64,000 nt of DNA from Chiloscyllium plagiosum (GCF_004010195.1 NC_057740.1:33399703-33463702); one strand, 5' to 3'; counted from the first letter of the stretch, positions 1 through 13,480 are shown. Translations and numbers: made by a program. Notes: generated from the letters alone by a model not told the origin.

Positions 1-210
1 GGGGAGATGTCAGGGGTGGGTTCTTTACCCAGAGAGTGGTGGGGGCATGGAATGCGCTGCCTGTGGGAGTGGTAGAGTCAGAATCTTTGGTGACCTTTAA
101 GCGGCAATTGGATAGGTACATGGATGGGTGCTTAAGCTAGGACAAATGTTCGGCACAACATCGTGGGCCGAAGGGCCTGTTCTGTGCTGTATTGTTCTAT
201 GTTCTATGTT
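1..210 (+). mobile_element. CR1/HER1-like LINE 3' end
   Basis: Encodes the CR1 ORF2 C-terminal pattern (FFTQRVVGAWNALP) and ends in a short tandem tail (ctatgtt-like repeats). Confidence 0.8.
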
Positions 211-474
211 AACATTTAACTGCAGCTACGACACATGGGGCTGTGGCAGATCAGAAGATTCCACACACACCCCCCACCACTTTTACCACCTGCATTAAGT
301 ATATTGGAAGGATTTGCAGGCTGATAATCAACTTGATTGAACAATCTGCAAGTGCACCTTCCACAGCCTACAAGTCCCAAGTGCAAGACTCAAAACCACA
401 GCTTCTGGCTCAGAGGTAGGAACAGTACCCACTGTGCCACAACACTAACTGGATAGTTTTCAATTGGAACAGAT

Positions 475-855
475 ATAGAGTCATGGAGTTGTTACAGCAT
501 GGAATCATACCCTTCGGTCCAACTCGCCCATGCCGACAAGATATCCTAAATAAATCTAGTCCCACATGCCAACATTTGGCTCATATCCCTCTAAACCCTT
601 CCTATTCATCTACGGATCCATGTGGTAATTGTACCAGCCTCCACCACTTTCTCTGTCAGCTCATTCCATACACACACCACCCTTTGCGTGAAAAGGTTGC
701 TCATTATGTCCCTTTTAAATCTGTGCCCTCCCACCTTAAACCTACGCCCTCTAGTTCTGGACTCCCACACCCCAGGGAAAAGGCCTTGTCTATTTACCCT
801 ATCCATATCCCTCTTGATTTTATAAACCTCTACAAAATCACCCCTCAGCCTCCGC
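475..855 (-). mobile_element. CR1/HER1-like LINE 3' fragment
   Basis: ORF 606..806 reads MDRVNRQGLFP...TRG...FTQRVVCVWNEL, the typical CR1 ORF2 C-terminus. Confidence 0.85.
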
Positions 856-1469
856 CGGTCGAGGGAAATGATGGGCAGAATGTTCTCTTTCTGTACTATA
901 TCACTCTATGATAAGGAGAAAAAAACATTAATTTCAATGGAAGCTTGCACTCGCTAATGTACTGCTAGAAGTGAGACCTGCTGACCAGCAAAACAATAAT
1001 CGCGGCATGATCTTTTGCAGGAAGATTTAATAGCCTCATTAGTCGTTTGTTACTTTGATATTAGTGGGCAGGGGCTTCTATCAGATATCAGTTTCATGCT
1101 CCACAACAGAATTAAGAGTTCGACCTAATGGATGCTCTTACAGCTATATCCACTGCCAGGAGCAAGGGTCATTAATTTTAAGTGTAGAATCTCTGGCCTG
1201 TAATGCCACGAGCCATTAGCAGCTGTTAGTATTGCTGATTAAGGAAAGATTGATAGTGTAAGACTGACTCAGGTATTTTGTTAAAATTAACCTTTTCTCT
1301 TCATAAATTTGTACAGTTGAAATCATTGTTGGTGAGGACTGAACAGATAATGTGCTCCTCTGGCATTCTTCAGTTTAACAACTTGTGTTAGAATCCACAA
1401 TTGGCAAATTATCCACACAAAAGCAAGCCATAACAACATGAGATGGAACACACTACCATGAGTAAAATG

Positions 1470-1985
1470 AAAGGATTGCTTTTATACCATCTTTCGCAAA
1501 TGTAGGATATCTCAAATCTAAAAGAAGTACTTTTGACGTGAAGTAGGAAATATACAATAGTCATTTTTTACACAGCATGTTCCCAGAAATGACCACATGA
1601 TAATAACCAGATAGTTTGTTTTAGAGATATTGATTTAGGGATAAGTACTGATGGATAAAAGGGCATTTTTTTACACAGACGGTAGTGCATGTATGGAATG
1701 AGCTGCCAGACAAGTCGTACCAAAGGGTCTGTTTCTGTGCTTTACAACTCTATGACTTTAAAGCAGGGGTAATAGAATTCTCCTATTTTTCTTCAAAAAA
1801 ACAGTGATTTGGGATCTTTTACTTTTACTTTGGAGGATAGGTGGGGCCTGTATTTAAGATCTCATTGAAAAGACAACACTTCAGGTCATGCAGTACTCCC
1901 TTGCTACTGCACTAAAGCACCCAAGTAGTGTGCTCAGATCCCTGGAGTGAATTTAAATTCACTCAGAGGTAAAATTGCTGCCCTC
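1470..1985 (-). mobile_element. Old degenerate SINE (Deu-domain/SacSINE1-like) interrupted by a CR1 3' fragment at about 1660-1760
   Basis: Similar to other degenerate copies in the window (23090-23230, 37230-37460); family name assigned from memory. Confidence 0.45.
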
Positions 1986-3489
1986 TGAATCATGGGTTAT
2001 TACATGAAACAGTCCCAGCAACTGACACTATGGAAAATTGTGTCCTGGAATTTCTTGACAAGGGAGTCAATATTGAATGGCCAGTTTCACTGATGCAATT
2101 GATTTTTTTAATGACTGACTGAGGACCCTGCCCTTCTCAAATGTATTGCTTCACATGCTGGCCCAGCATCATGAGGTCATGCAGCCATTGACTCCAAACG
2201 GGCATTCAAATGGCACCATTAGTGATCCTGGTACATGTCCTAATTATGGTAATGCCACTCAGCAGGGAAACTGGCATACAGATAACCCCTGAAACACTGT
2301 TTAGGGTTACTAATTACATCTGAAAATATTTTCAGAGGTTGCATCACATCACCTCCTGCTTCCAACTGTCCTGCCCTGGGTAAAATATCATTTACCTCAA
2401 TCTCCAATATCTATCATTATGACCCCAGATGAGATGGGGTAACTTTGCTGCCCTTTTTTTAAGTCAGTCGCAACAATAATTTTTTTTTTAAAAACACAGC
2501 TAACACACTTCACTTAAAGATGCACTAACTAAATCAAAATTAAGGAGCCAAGTGAAAGAAAGAGAAATCTTTTTACTTACTAACCTCAAGAAAAAAAAAT
2601 TAGAACATAATATTAGACACACGCAAAAACACAGCTGATATGTTTAAAAGGGGGAGCATGTATAGCGCTGACAGGAATAAGGCAGTTTAAAAGTCCTTAT
2701 CAGTTCAATTTTTAACCTGTGAGCACAGTTTTTGTTTGATGACTTGTATCCTCAGCAGGAGAGGTCTATAGATATCTTTGAGTTTTCAGTGAATAGTTGC
2801 TTCCCTATTTCCTGATGAGAACAGGAAATTTCCAGCTCTTTTTACTATAAGTTCATTTTTCTTTGCAGCTGCTCAATCATAGCTACAGAAATATGGTTTG
2901 TTTGCATATTCCCTAGTCTGGCTCCATTGTGTTTCCAGGATTGCTAACTTGCAGGTGAGCCTTTCGTTTCTTGTTTAAATTATTATTGAAGTGTAAATTA
3001 ATACAGGCCATGCAAATTTCTTGACACTAACTCTGGTTTCTCCAGCATTCTCTATATTTGTTTCAGGTTCCCAGCATTTACAATATTTTGCTTTTATAAC
3101 AGTGCATGGTTATTGGTCACATGAGGGAAAGAGGAGATATTGGAAGAATGATTTAAAAGGAAAAGGAAGAATAGCAAATCGCGTTTAGTGCTATGTTCAG
3201 AATTTTAAAAGGAACAATTTGAGGCCTGCAACAATTTCCTAGGCTCACTACATCCGGATTAGTTCAGTAGAATGCTAATTTGTTAATAAATTTAATACCA
3301 GTGAAACATTAGCAAACAGAAAAAAATGTAGTGAGGATTCAGAAAATGCATTAAACATTCTCTGCTCTGATTAAACACAAATGAATAAATTTTGATTTTG
3401 TGTACAATTGTAAAATAGTTGATACTTCAGTCAGCATTATTAATTGGTTAGTCCTGTTTGTGGGATCTTCCTGTGTGTTTCTTTTTGGA

Positions 3490-3822
3490 ATTAGAATCCC
3501 TACAGTGTGAAAACAGGCCCTTCAACCCAACAAGTCTACACCGACCCTCCAAAAAGTCACCCACCCAGATCCATTCCCCTATTACTCTGAATTCCCCCCT
3601 GAATAATGTACCTAACCTACACGTCCCTGAACACTATTAGCATTGCCAATTCACCTAACCTGCACATCTTTGGAATGTGAGAAGAAACCAGAGCACCTGG
3701 AAGAAAGCCGCACAGACACAGGGAGAACATGCAAACTTCACACAGTTGCCCGAGGCTAGAATCGAACCCAGGTCCCTGGCACTGTGAGGCAGCAGTGCTA
3801 ACCACTGAGGCACCGTGCTGCC
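3490..3822 (-). mobile_element. HE1-like tRNA-derived SINE
   Basis: Minus strand shows A box (CTCAGTGGTTAGCAC), B box (GGTTCGATTC) and a CR1-like 3' tail; homologous to the copy at 32786. Confidence 0.85.
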
Positions 3823-4529
3823 AGCTATATGGGAAATTTGTTTCCTACATTGCTTTTGAAATGTAGTCATTGCTGTAATGTCCTTTCTAGTTTATCTTCT
3901 GGATGCACAGGCCTCTGAGGTCTGTGCATAGCAGTGACTTCTGGAACTGGAAGTCAATCCCACGATTGGTGCGCTGAAGCCAATAACCATGCATGGTACA
4001 TTAGAACAGCTGCAGTTACATGCTGCCTCACAGCTTTGAGGGAACATTCAAAAGTATTTCATAGCTCGTAAAATGCTTTGGGGCATTCTGGTATTGTAAA
4101 TCCAGGTCAATTTCCCTTTTGTAAATTTATGTCTAGTAACAACAATGTTATCTATGACATGCAGACTCCGGAAGGACTTCTGTCAATAGCAAAATACCAA
4201 AGGCAAATACCATGACACAAATCTATCGGCCATTATGCATAATTATACCCATGTTGAAACATTATTCAGCGTGACAAATCAATGCATATTGCTGACCAGT
4301 TCAAGCCAATAAACAAAAACAGGAATTCTGGAGAAATTCAGTAGGTCTGGCAGCATCTATGGAAAGAAAGCAGCATTAATGTTTCGAATCCAGTGACCCC
4401 CCTTCAGTCTGGCTCAATCCAATGTCACTCACTGGTCATTATGCCATGCCCTCTCCGTGCAAGTAGGAATTGAATAATAACAGCTTTAGCCTCAGCTATA
4501 ATTCCTTAAGATTGAGTAAGCCATCTGGC

Positions 4530-5395
4530 TAAGGTAGAGACTACAGCAGAATATAGGTAGATTGGAGAGATGGGCAAAGAAATGGAAGATGGAGTTCAAT
4601 CCAGGCAAATGCGAGGTGATGCATTTTGGAAGATCCGATTCAAGAGCGAACTATACAGTCAATGGAAAAGTCCTGGGAAAAATTGACATACAGAAAGATC
4701 TGGGTGTTCAGGTCCATTGTACCCTGAAGGTGGCAAAGCAGGTCAGTAAAGTGGTCAAGAAGGCATATGGCATGCTTTCCTTCATCAGACAGGGTATTGA
4801 GTACAAGAGTTGGCAGATCATGTTACAGTTGTACAGGACTTTGGTTCGGTCACATTTGGAATACTGCGTATAGTTCTGGTTGCCACATTATCACAAGGAT
4901 GTCGATGCTTTGGAGAAGGTGCAGAGGAGGTTCACCAGGATGTTGCCTAGTATGGAGGGTGCTAGCTTTGAAAAGAGGTTGAGTAGATTAGGATTATTTT
5001 CATTAGAAAGACAGTGGTTGGGGGGTTACCTTATTGAGGTCTACAAAATCATGAGAGGTATACACAGGGTGGATAGCAAGAAGATTTTTCTCAGAGTACG
5101 GAACTCAATTACTAGGGGTCACAAATTTAAAGTCAGAGGGGAAGGGTTTAGAGGAGATATGCCCTGGAAAGTTCTTTACGCAGAGGGTGTTGGAGGCCTG
5201 GAACACGTTGCCAGCGGAGGTGGTAGAGGTTGTCATGATAGCATCATTTAGTCATGATACATGATTGGGCATGGAGCAAAGGGATACAGATCCTTAGAAA
5301 ATAGGTGGCAGGTTATGATAGAGGGTCTGGATCAGTGCAGGCTTGGAGGGCCGAAGGGCGTGTTCCTGTGCTGTAATGTTCTTTGTTCTTTGTAG
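4530..5395 (+). mobile_element. CR1-like LINE 3' portion (disrupted ORF2)
   Basis: ORFs 4562..4873 (WKMEFNPGKCEVMHFG...DLGVQVH...LYRTLVRSHLEYCV) and 4880..5251 (LEKVQRRFTRMLP), with an internal stop and frameshifts. Confidence 0.9.
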
Positions 5396-5747
5396 ATCTG
5401 GAGACTGGTCAGCGTCAAATGGAATCATGTTCCTGTGAGAAGCAGTGGCTGGGAATTTACCCAGGGACTTATGACCTGAGTGAGTAAAATTTCACCTTAT
5501 TTTTGGTGATTCCTTATCTTCAAATAGTGACCCTAATTCTACATTCTACATTGAGGGGGCAACCATTCTACATCCATCCTGCCAAGGCCCTTCTGGATCT
5601 TATATGTTTCAATCAAGTTACCTCTTACACTTCTAAACCCTAACAGATACAAACCCAGCTTTCATCATAAGACAACCCATCATTCCAGGGATTAATCTCA
5701 TAAACCTTCTCTGAACTGCTTCTGACACATTGACATGTTTCCTTTAA

Positions 5748-5953
5748 AAAGGTAGTTCTTCTATAACACGATGTTTGCATTCTTGTGCAACCCCGCACGA
5801 TAGAAAAATCGCACTTTCGGAACAGCACTTAAAGCCTTGGCGATGTAATCGCGTTATAGCCAACACACATTTTAAAAGTTTACGCTTTAGAAACAGGCGT
5901 CAAATCGTCAATCGCATTACGGCAAAATGCGCTTTATAGCAGAATGATCCATA
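5748..5953. mobile_element. Tc1/mariner-type MITE inserted in an old LINE fragment
   Basis: Imperfect terminal inverted repeats (GGTAGTTCTTCTATAA ... TTATAGCAGAATGATC); same family as 48281-48451. Confidence 0.6.
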
Positions 5954-6359
5954 CTAGTCCAGATACAGTCTTACCAATGCCCTACGCAGCTGAACTGCTC
6001 CTGACTCATTTATAGTTACTTTTAGGGAATGTTTTGGACATGTTATGGCACAACCCTGGGATAGGTTAGACTTGAACCTAGGCCACCTGGCTCAAAGATA
6101 AGAGCACTACAATTGTGCAACAAAAGCGCTTCCAATTCATTTATATCTTTCCTAATATAACTAAAGTGTCTCTCTGCCTTACTTTATCAATGGTCACGTT
6201 ACAAGTAGAAAGTAGTCAGTGGTGTAGTTGTAATCCAGAACCTAAAGCTAATCACCTGGGGGCATGGGTTTACATATACCAGGCCACATGGTGAAATCTG
6301 AATTCAATTTTTAAAAAAACCTAGAATTAAATCTGCTAGTTTGAAATGAACAATTGTGA

Positions 6360-6499
6360 GTCAAAAAGTGTGATGCTGGAAAAGCACAGCCAGTCAGGCA
6401 GCATCTGAGTAGCAGGAGATGCTGCCTGACCGGCTGTGTTTTTCCAGCACTACACTTTTTCACTTTGATCTCCAGCATCTGCAGCCCTCACTTTCTCCT
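6360..6499. mobile_element. Fold-back PLE pLTR-derived mini-element
   Basis: Internal inverted repeat; flanked by an imperfect 15-bp TSD (6345-6359 and 6500-6514). Confidence 0.75.
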
Positions 6500-6564
6500 A
6501 ATTAACAACTGTGATACAGCCTACTAAAACCCAGGCTCAGTAATGTCCTTCCTTTCAGGAACGA

Positions 6565-6738
6565 AAAAGGTGTTACTGGAAAAGCGCAGCAGGTCAGGCA
6601 GCATCCAAGGAGCAGGAGAATCGACATTTCGGGCATAAGCCCTTCTTCAGGAATCCTTGGATGCTGCCTGACCTGCTGCGCTTTTCCAGCAACACATTTT
6701 CAGCTCTGATCTCCAGCATCTGCAGTCCTCACGTTCTC
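6565..6738. mobile_element. Fold-back PLE mini-element with hammerhead-like core on the minus strand
   Basis: Inverted arms around a minus-strand CTGAAGA-AGGGCTTATGCCC-GAAATGTC. Confidence 0.75.
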
Positions 6739-7909
6739 ATTCCTTTCCTTACTTAGTCTGGTCTACCTGGCCTCCAGAACCACAGCCATGTGCCTGACTC
6801 AGTACTGCCCTCTGGGCTATTAGGGGGTGGGCAATGAATGCCCAGTGATGCCCACATCACATTAACTATTTAAAAAAAACACAACAGTTGAGCAAGCACC
6901 AAAAACAGAGAGCCACAGCATGCATCTTCAGGAGAGGAAATCATAAAGAAAAAAGGATTTGAAGAAAAGAATGTTTAAAATGCCTAGGTGCCTGTATGCG
7001 AAAAGGTCTTCCCTTATAAAGGATGATTCGTGACTCTCTGGGAAGGACAAGCTGTGTAATTCTGACTGTCTATCTATCACTTCAGATGCAAGAACAGACA
7101 TTTTGATTGAAGCTTGCTTCAGAAACTTCTATCTTGTGACACTAATATGGCATGTTTTATTTTTCCCTTTCACATAATGGAATCATTTCAACAGCAGTTA
7201 AAATGGAGAGCCTGCCCTCCCCCATATCACATCACTTCTGCCTGCAGGCTGATGAAGATCACGAGCCGAGCTCATTGAGCAAACATCAGCCAATTTCTGA
7301 TGTGAAGAGTCATTCTTTTGGTTAAGATTCAATGATTAGCTTTTCCTCCGTTTTTGAACCAATTTTAATCAATCCCTGATTAAGACCCCAGGATCTCTTT
7401 GGGCTGCTTCAGATGCATATGGAACTGAGTGGCTTTTAATGATCTTGTTCCACGCACTCAACAGACAGCTTTTCAACCTTCAGCAAATGTCAATTATTCT
7501 GTCAGAGAGAATTACAGCCAAGGGTTCCACAAACTTCAGTCACTGCCATGGGATTTCATAACCATGGCAACGAGTGACATGTTTAGTCCCAGCAGGTCTC
7601 TATAGCATCTACACTCCTTTGCTCACATAAATCAAACAGTTTACAGTCACAATTACATTGCAGTGCTATTAAATATTAATGATCACTTAGTTTATGGCGT
7701 AAATATTTTGAAAGTTCCATCCTTTGGTTTTAAGTGTGCTGAATCGATAACCTCCATTGTGTAAAAAAAGGCAGACATTAAGCTTTGTACATTTTATGAT
7801 TACAACATGAACAATACTGAGTTACAGCCTTTGAGGCTGGTATAGGTTTAGATCTATAACGTTGCACATGGCAGAATTGAGCAAGCAAAGACAAAGTGGA
7901 TTGTTTTAA

Positions 7910-7988
7910 TTAAAAATCACACAACACCAGGTTATAGTCCAACAGGTTTAATTGGAAGCACACTAGCTTTCGGAGCGACGCTCCTTCA
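7910..7988 (-). mobile_element. Truncated PLE pLTR fragment
   Basis: Perfect 13-bp TSD TGGATTGTTTTAA (7897-7909 and 7989-8001); partial hammerhead (GGAGCGTCGCTCC-GAAAGCTA). Confidence 0.75.
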
Positions 7989-9127
7989 TGGATTGTTTTA
8001 AGAAGACAAGAGGTGATCTTGTTCCCACCAACTGTAACTTACCCCACAATGAAGAAAGATGAGCCTGGAATGAGGACAGTTAGCAGGGTGTCAGGGAGAA
8101 GTGCTATTTTATTGCAGTACAAACACTATCCCGAGGTTCCTACAAGGTGCTGGGATAAAGTACCTGATTGTGCATGGGCCATATCAACATGTTCTTCCAC
8201 TCAAGGTTTTGATCACATGATGAAATCCCCTCAGTAAACCTCACTGCCTGTCTTTCTACTTTAATGAGACCTGCTCCACACGGCTGCTGGGCAACAATCT
8301 CCACTCACGGTCTAAGTAAATTTTAACAGCATGGGGTTCATTGCTTACAGCTGCTGCCTGACAGAAAGTTCTTGGCATAATTGCCAGAGGCACGGTGAGG
8401 TTTTTGAGGCATCTGACAGTCAACTGTCCCCAAAGTCCAAAGTCAGTTTACCTCATTCTACTTGCATTGATGTGAACAAATGCAAGCTTTGACCAGCCAT
8501 TTCCAGTGAATGGTTATGTTTGTGACTGCAATAGTGATTGTGAGCTCAACACACTTTTCAACATAAAAACAAAAGAAAAGTGTATCCGAGACAAGACTTA
8601 AAGACCAGCAGAGATTTTGACCAGATTTCATGTATGGTGTGACTTCCTGAGGGAAACCAGCATTATCAGTATGACACAGCCTGAATCCTTCCTGATATAT
8701 TGGCCCATGTAATACATACCAAAACAACTGGGCTTTTGTTGAGACAATTGTCCTGAAGGTTATTAACAACTTTAACTATGCATATTGATACAATATTGCA
8801 AACTTGCACATAGTTTATGCTCTATGCTTACTTATGTTACTGACACATTGCATTGCTCAACTGACACTGAGAATAAGATTGGGACATTTATATTACAGCA
8901 TCACATGACATAATGCTAACTACATATCTTAAAGTTATAATGACTTTCTAAGATCTGTGAAATAATACAATTAAGTATACCTCATTCTCCAATGATTTGC
9001 ATGTCCCAAATAGTTCTGACAATTTATTTTTGACCATTAATAAACTGCACAGCACAATCATTTCAGTGAATTGTCATAGCTTAAAGGCCTTATCAAAGTT
9101 GTTCCCCCCACTTTGACTTTTTTTGAT

Positions 9128-9339
9128 GATTTGGTGATGCCGGTGTTGGACTGGGGTGTACAAAGTTAAAAATCACACAACATTAGGTTATAGTCCAACA
9201 GGTTTATTTGGAAGCACTAGCTTTCTGAGTGCTGCTCCTTCATCAGATTATTGTCAGCTGATGAAGGAGCAGGGCTCCGAAAGCTAGTGCTTCCGAATAA
9301 ACCTGTTGGACTATTATCTGGTGTTGTCTGATTTTTAAC
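9128..9339. mobile_element. Fold-back PLE mini-element with two opposed hammerhead cores
   Basis: Inverted arms 9165-9339, with a CTGATGA...GAAAGCTA core on each strand. Confidence 0.75.
9258..9289 (+). ncRNA. Putative minimal hammerhead ribozyme core
   Basis: CTGATGA-A-GGAGC(AGG)GCTCC-GAAA-GCTA, with a palindromic AGCT stem III. Confidence 0.6.
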
Positions 9340-9354
9340 GTTACTTTTTAAAAT

Positions 9355-10515
9355 TAATTTGTGGGATGTAGCTGTCACTGGATGGCCAGCATTTATTGCC
9401 TGTCCCTAGTTGCCCTTGAGAAGGTGGTGGTAAGTCACCTTCATAAACCACTGCAGTCCACATGCTGTGGGTTGACCCACAATGCCATTAGAGAGGGAAT
9501 TCCAGGATTCTGACGCTGTGACAGTGAAGGAACAATGATACATTTCCAAGCCAGGATGGTGAGTAGCTTGGAGGGGAACTTGGTATATGGTGGTGTTACC
9601 ATGTATCTGCTGCCTTTCTCCTTCTAGAGATACCTGGTCATGGGTTTAGAAGGTGCTGTCTGAGGCTCTTGGGTGAATTTCTGCAGTGTATCTTGTAGAC
9701 AGTATAGACTGCTGCTGCTGAGTGTTGATGGTGGAGGGAGTGGATGCTTGTGGATGTGGAGTCAATCAAGCAGGCTGCTTTGTTCTGGATGGTATCAAAC
9801 TTCTTGAGTGTTGTTGAAACTGCACCCATCCAGGCAAGTGAGGAGTATTCCATCACACTCCCGATTTGTGCCTAGTAGATAACACACAGGTTTTGGGGAG
9901 TTAGGAGGTGAGTTACTCGCCATAGTATTCCTAGCCTCTGACCTGCTCTTGTACCCACTGTGTTTATGTGATGAATACAGTTGAGTTACTGCTCAATGGC
10001 AATCCCCAAGGTGTTAATAGTGGGGATTTAGTGATTATAACACCATTGAATGTTGAAGGCAGTGGTCAGATTGTCTCTTACTGGTGATGGTCATAGTCTA
10101 GCATTTTTGTAGCACAAATGTTATGTGCCACTTGTCAGCTCAAGCCTGGATATTGTCCAGATCTTGTTGCATTTGAACAAGGACTGCTTCAATATTGGAG
10201 GAGTCACAAATGGTGCTGAACATTGTGCAATCATCAGTGAACATCCCCACTTCCGACCTTATGATGAAGGGAAGGTCATTGAAGCAGCTGAAGATGGTTT
10301 GGCCGAGGGCACTACCCTGAAGACCTCCAGCGGAGATGTCCTGGGGCTGAGATGACTGACCTCCAACAACCATGACCATCTTCCTATATGCCAGATATGA
10401 CTCCAGCCAGCAGACAGATTGTCCCACACACTCATTAATTCCAGTTTTTCTAGGGCTTCTTGATGCCATACTCAGTTGAATGTAGCCTTGACTGTCAAGG
10501 GCTGTCACTCTCACC
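9355..10515 (-). mobile_element. L2/CR1-group LINE 3' fragment (degenerate RT)
   Basis: ORF 10140..10514 has WLESYL..RKMVMVVGG..QGSALG..GMFTDD (RT motifs); ORF 9638..9856 has MEYSSLAW..DTIQNKAA. Confidence 0.85.
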
Positions 10516-11014
10516 TTACCTTATTATGATATGACACTTCGGCAGATCTAAATATCTCTTAAATATCATGTTTCTTCTAGAAACGCCCAATGATATTCCT
10601 ACACCATTAGCCTGACCTTGGTTTGTTCTTTCATTCTTGCTTGGCCTAGCAGTATTGGGGCAAACATTAATGTTTCACCAGTTGAGATCAGACTGAATCA
10701 TGACTTGAACACAAAATACATACTTGTAAAAAGAAATAAAAAAGAAACACTTGCATTTCCAAAGCACCTTTCACAGTCTCAAGACTAGTCTCCACTCATT
10801 GTAGCTTGAGAATTAACTGATTTTAGCCTGGAGTCTCTAGAATAGGTTTTGTCATCAATTTTGCTTGCTGTAGTTCGCAGAGATTGTGATTACTAGCTAA
10901 ATAGATTCTTGAGAGTATAATGCAGAAAATCACTGTTTAATTAGATTCTTTGTCTAAATTAACTATGTTGTTGTTCTAAGCCCCAGCCCACCTCCAACTC
11001 GTTGGTTTTGTTTT

Positions 11015-11685
11015 TAATTCATCCATGGGATATGGGTGTTGTTGGCTAGGCCAACACTTATTGCCTGTCCCTAATTGTACAGAGGACAGGCGAAAGTCAT
11101 ATTGCTGTGATTCAAACCAGGTATGGCTGGCAGATATCCGGTTGCTAAAAGGGAAGTGAATGAGTAGGGTTATTACAACAACGTACAGTGGTTACATGGT
11201 CACCATTAGACTAGGTTTTTACTGAATTCAAATTTCATCAAAACATCACCATGGTGAGATTTTCTTTTGATTCATTCAAGGGATGAGAGTGTCACTGGCT
11301 AGACCAGTACTCATTGCCCATCCCTAATTGCCCAGAGGGCAGTTAAGACTCAACCCCATTGCTGTGAGTCTGGTGTCACATGTAGGCCAGACCAGGTAAG
11401 GATGGCAAGTTTCTTTCCCTAAAGGACGTTAGTGAACCAGATGGGTTTTTCCCAAATATTAACAATGGATTCATGGTCATCATTAGACTCTGAATTCCAG
11501 ATGTTTATTGAATTCAAATTCCACCATCTGGCATGGCAGGATTCAAACCGCAGTCCCCAGAACATCGCTTGGGTTTCTGGATTAACAGTTCAATTCAATT
11601 AACAATTCAAATTCATGTCCCCAGAACATGAGCCTGTGTTTCTGGTTTATTAGCCCAGCGACCTTATCACTACACCATCATCAGC
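11015..11685 (-). mobile_element. Two nested tRNA-derived SINEs of one family sharing the 3' tail of the 9355 LINE
   Basis: The copy at about 11270-11590 interrupts the copy at 11015-11260 plus 11610-11685; the tail GGGATG..GCTGG..TTGCC is shared with the LINE end at 9360-9420. Confidence 0.65.
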
Positions 11686-12009
11686 TCCTGAATGATGAAA
11701 TTGTTTAGATTTTCCTCCAGGGCTGGAAGAGAGGTTAGGACAGTTTCTGGGTACCTAACATGCCCCCAAGAGTGGGCAAAGGATGGTCCAGATATGGTCA
11801 CTCATTGGAATTTTCAAGGTGGCACCCACTGAACTGGGAGACATATTCTCCATCCAATAAAAGACGATGGGTAGGCTCTCGAATCTTGAAAGCCATTTAT
11901 TTTGAGAGGAGAAGCAGGCTGCAATATGTAAGGAATGGTTGTACCTCTCTTCAAATATTCACAATATTAAAATCAGTTTAGATTCCAGTTGGTCATTTAT
12001 CTCAATAAA

Positions 12010-12136
12010 AACCTAAAGAACTGTGGATGATGTCAATCAGAAACAAAAACAGAAGTTGCTGGAAAAGCTCAGCAGGTCTGGCAGCATCTGTGGACAGAAA
12101 TCAGAGATAACGTTTCAGGTCCGGTAACCCTTCCTC
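12010..12136 (-). mobile_element. PLE pLTR fragment
   Basis: Same family as 25545-25640; truncated hammerhead core (GAGGAAGGGTTACCGGACCT-GAAACGTT). Confidence 0.65.
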
Positions 12137-12139
12137 TTT

Positions 12140-12396
12140 GCCCATTCTCCGTGTTTGTGTGGGTTTCCTCTGGGTGTTCCGGTTTCCTCCCACAAAGACG
12201 TGCAGATTAGCTGGATTGCCATGGTAGAAAATTGTCTCATAGTATTCAATGATGTGCAGACTAGGTGGGTTTGTCATTCAGAATGCAGGGTTACAGGGAT
12301 AGTGGGGTGGGCCATGAGTGGGATGCTCTTTAGACTGTTGGTATGGACTCGATGGGTCAAATGGCCATCTTCCACACTGTAGGGATTCTATGATTC
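12140..12396 (+). mobile_element. 5'-truncated HE1-like SINE
   Basis: Matches the body and tail of the copy at 32786-33096. Confidence 0.75.
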
Positions 12397-13480
12397 TCTC
12401 AGATGACACTAAGACAGGTAGAAAAGCATATTGTGAAAAAGACATAAAGACGGAGAAAGACAGGTTGAATGAATGGGCAAAAACCTGGCAGAAGTATCAT
12501 GTGGCAAAATGTGAAGTTGGTTCACTTTGGCAGAATGAATGAAGCAGCAGCGTGAAACAGAGAACAACTGTGGAATTCCGAACTGCTGAGGGATTTAGGT
12601 GTTCTGGTGCATGAGTCACAAGAAGTTAGGATATAGGTACAGCATGTAAACAGGAAGGCTGAAGGGACGTTATGTTTATTACGAGAGGAATTGAACATAA
12701 AATTGAGTAAATTATGCTTCAGTTATACAAGGCACTGATGAATACTGTGTTTTCATCTTCTTATTTAAGAAAGGACGTTAAATGCATTGGAGGCAGTTCA
12801 AACGACATGTACTAAATTGATGCCTAGAATGAGTAGGTTATCTTATGAAGATAGACTGGACAGGCTGAGCTTGTTTTCACTACAGGAGTGACTGATTGAA
12901 GTGTGCAAATCCTGAACGGTCTGGACATGGTGGACATGAAAAGGATGTTAGAAACATAAACAGAAATTGCTGGAAAAGCTCAGCCAGTTCTCTCTCTGTG
13001 GAGAGAAATCATGGTTAATGTTTCTGAGGAAGGGTCTGAGGAAGGGTCACTGGACGCAAAACATTAACTCTGATTTCTCTCCATAGACGCTGCCAGACCT
13101 GATGAGTTTTTCCAGCAATTGTTTCTGATTTCCAGCATCCACAGTTTTTTCGGTTTTTATGAAAACGGTGTTTATTCAGTGTGTCAATTCAGAACTAAGA
13201 GGGTGCTGTTTTAAAACTAGGGGGTCATCCTTTCAGGAAAGAGGTGGAAAGATATTTTTTCTTTCAGATGGTTGTGCAACTTTATCTGCCTCAGAAAATG
13301 GTGGAAGCGAGTCATTACATTTTTTAAGACAGCAGTGGATAGATTGCATTAGGCTGGTGAATCAAGGGTTATCAGGACTGAATGTGAATATGGAATTTGG
13401 GCCACAAACAAATCAGCCATGATTTTACTGAATGGGGGAGCAGGCTTGAGGGACTGAATGGCCTACTTCTCCATGTTCTT
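12397..13480 (+). mobile_element. Old CR1-like LINE 3' fragment with a nested fold-back PLE element (about 12950-13160)
   Basis: DDTK..RLNEWAKTWQ..KCEV remnants; the nested element has inverted arms. Confidence 0.75.
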
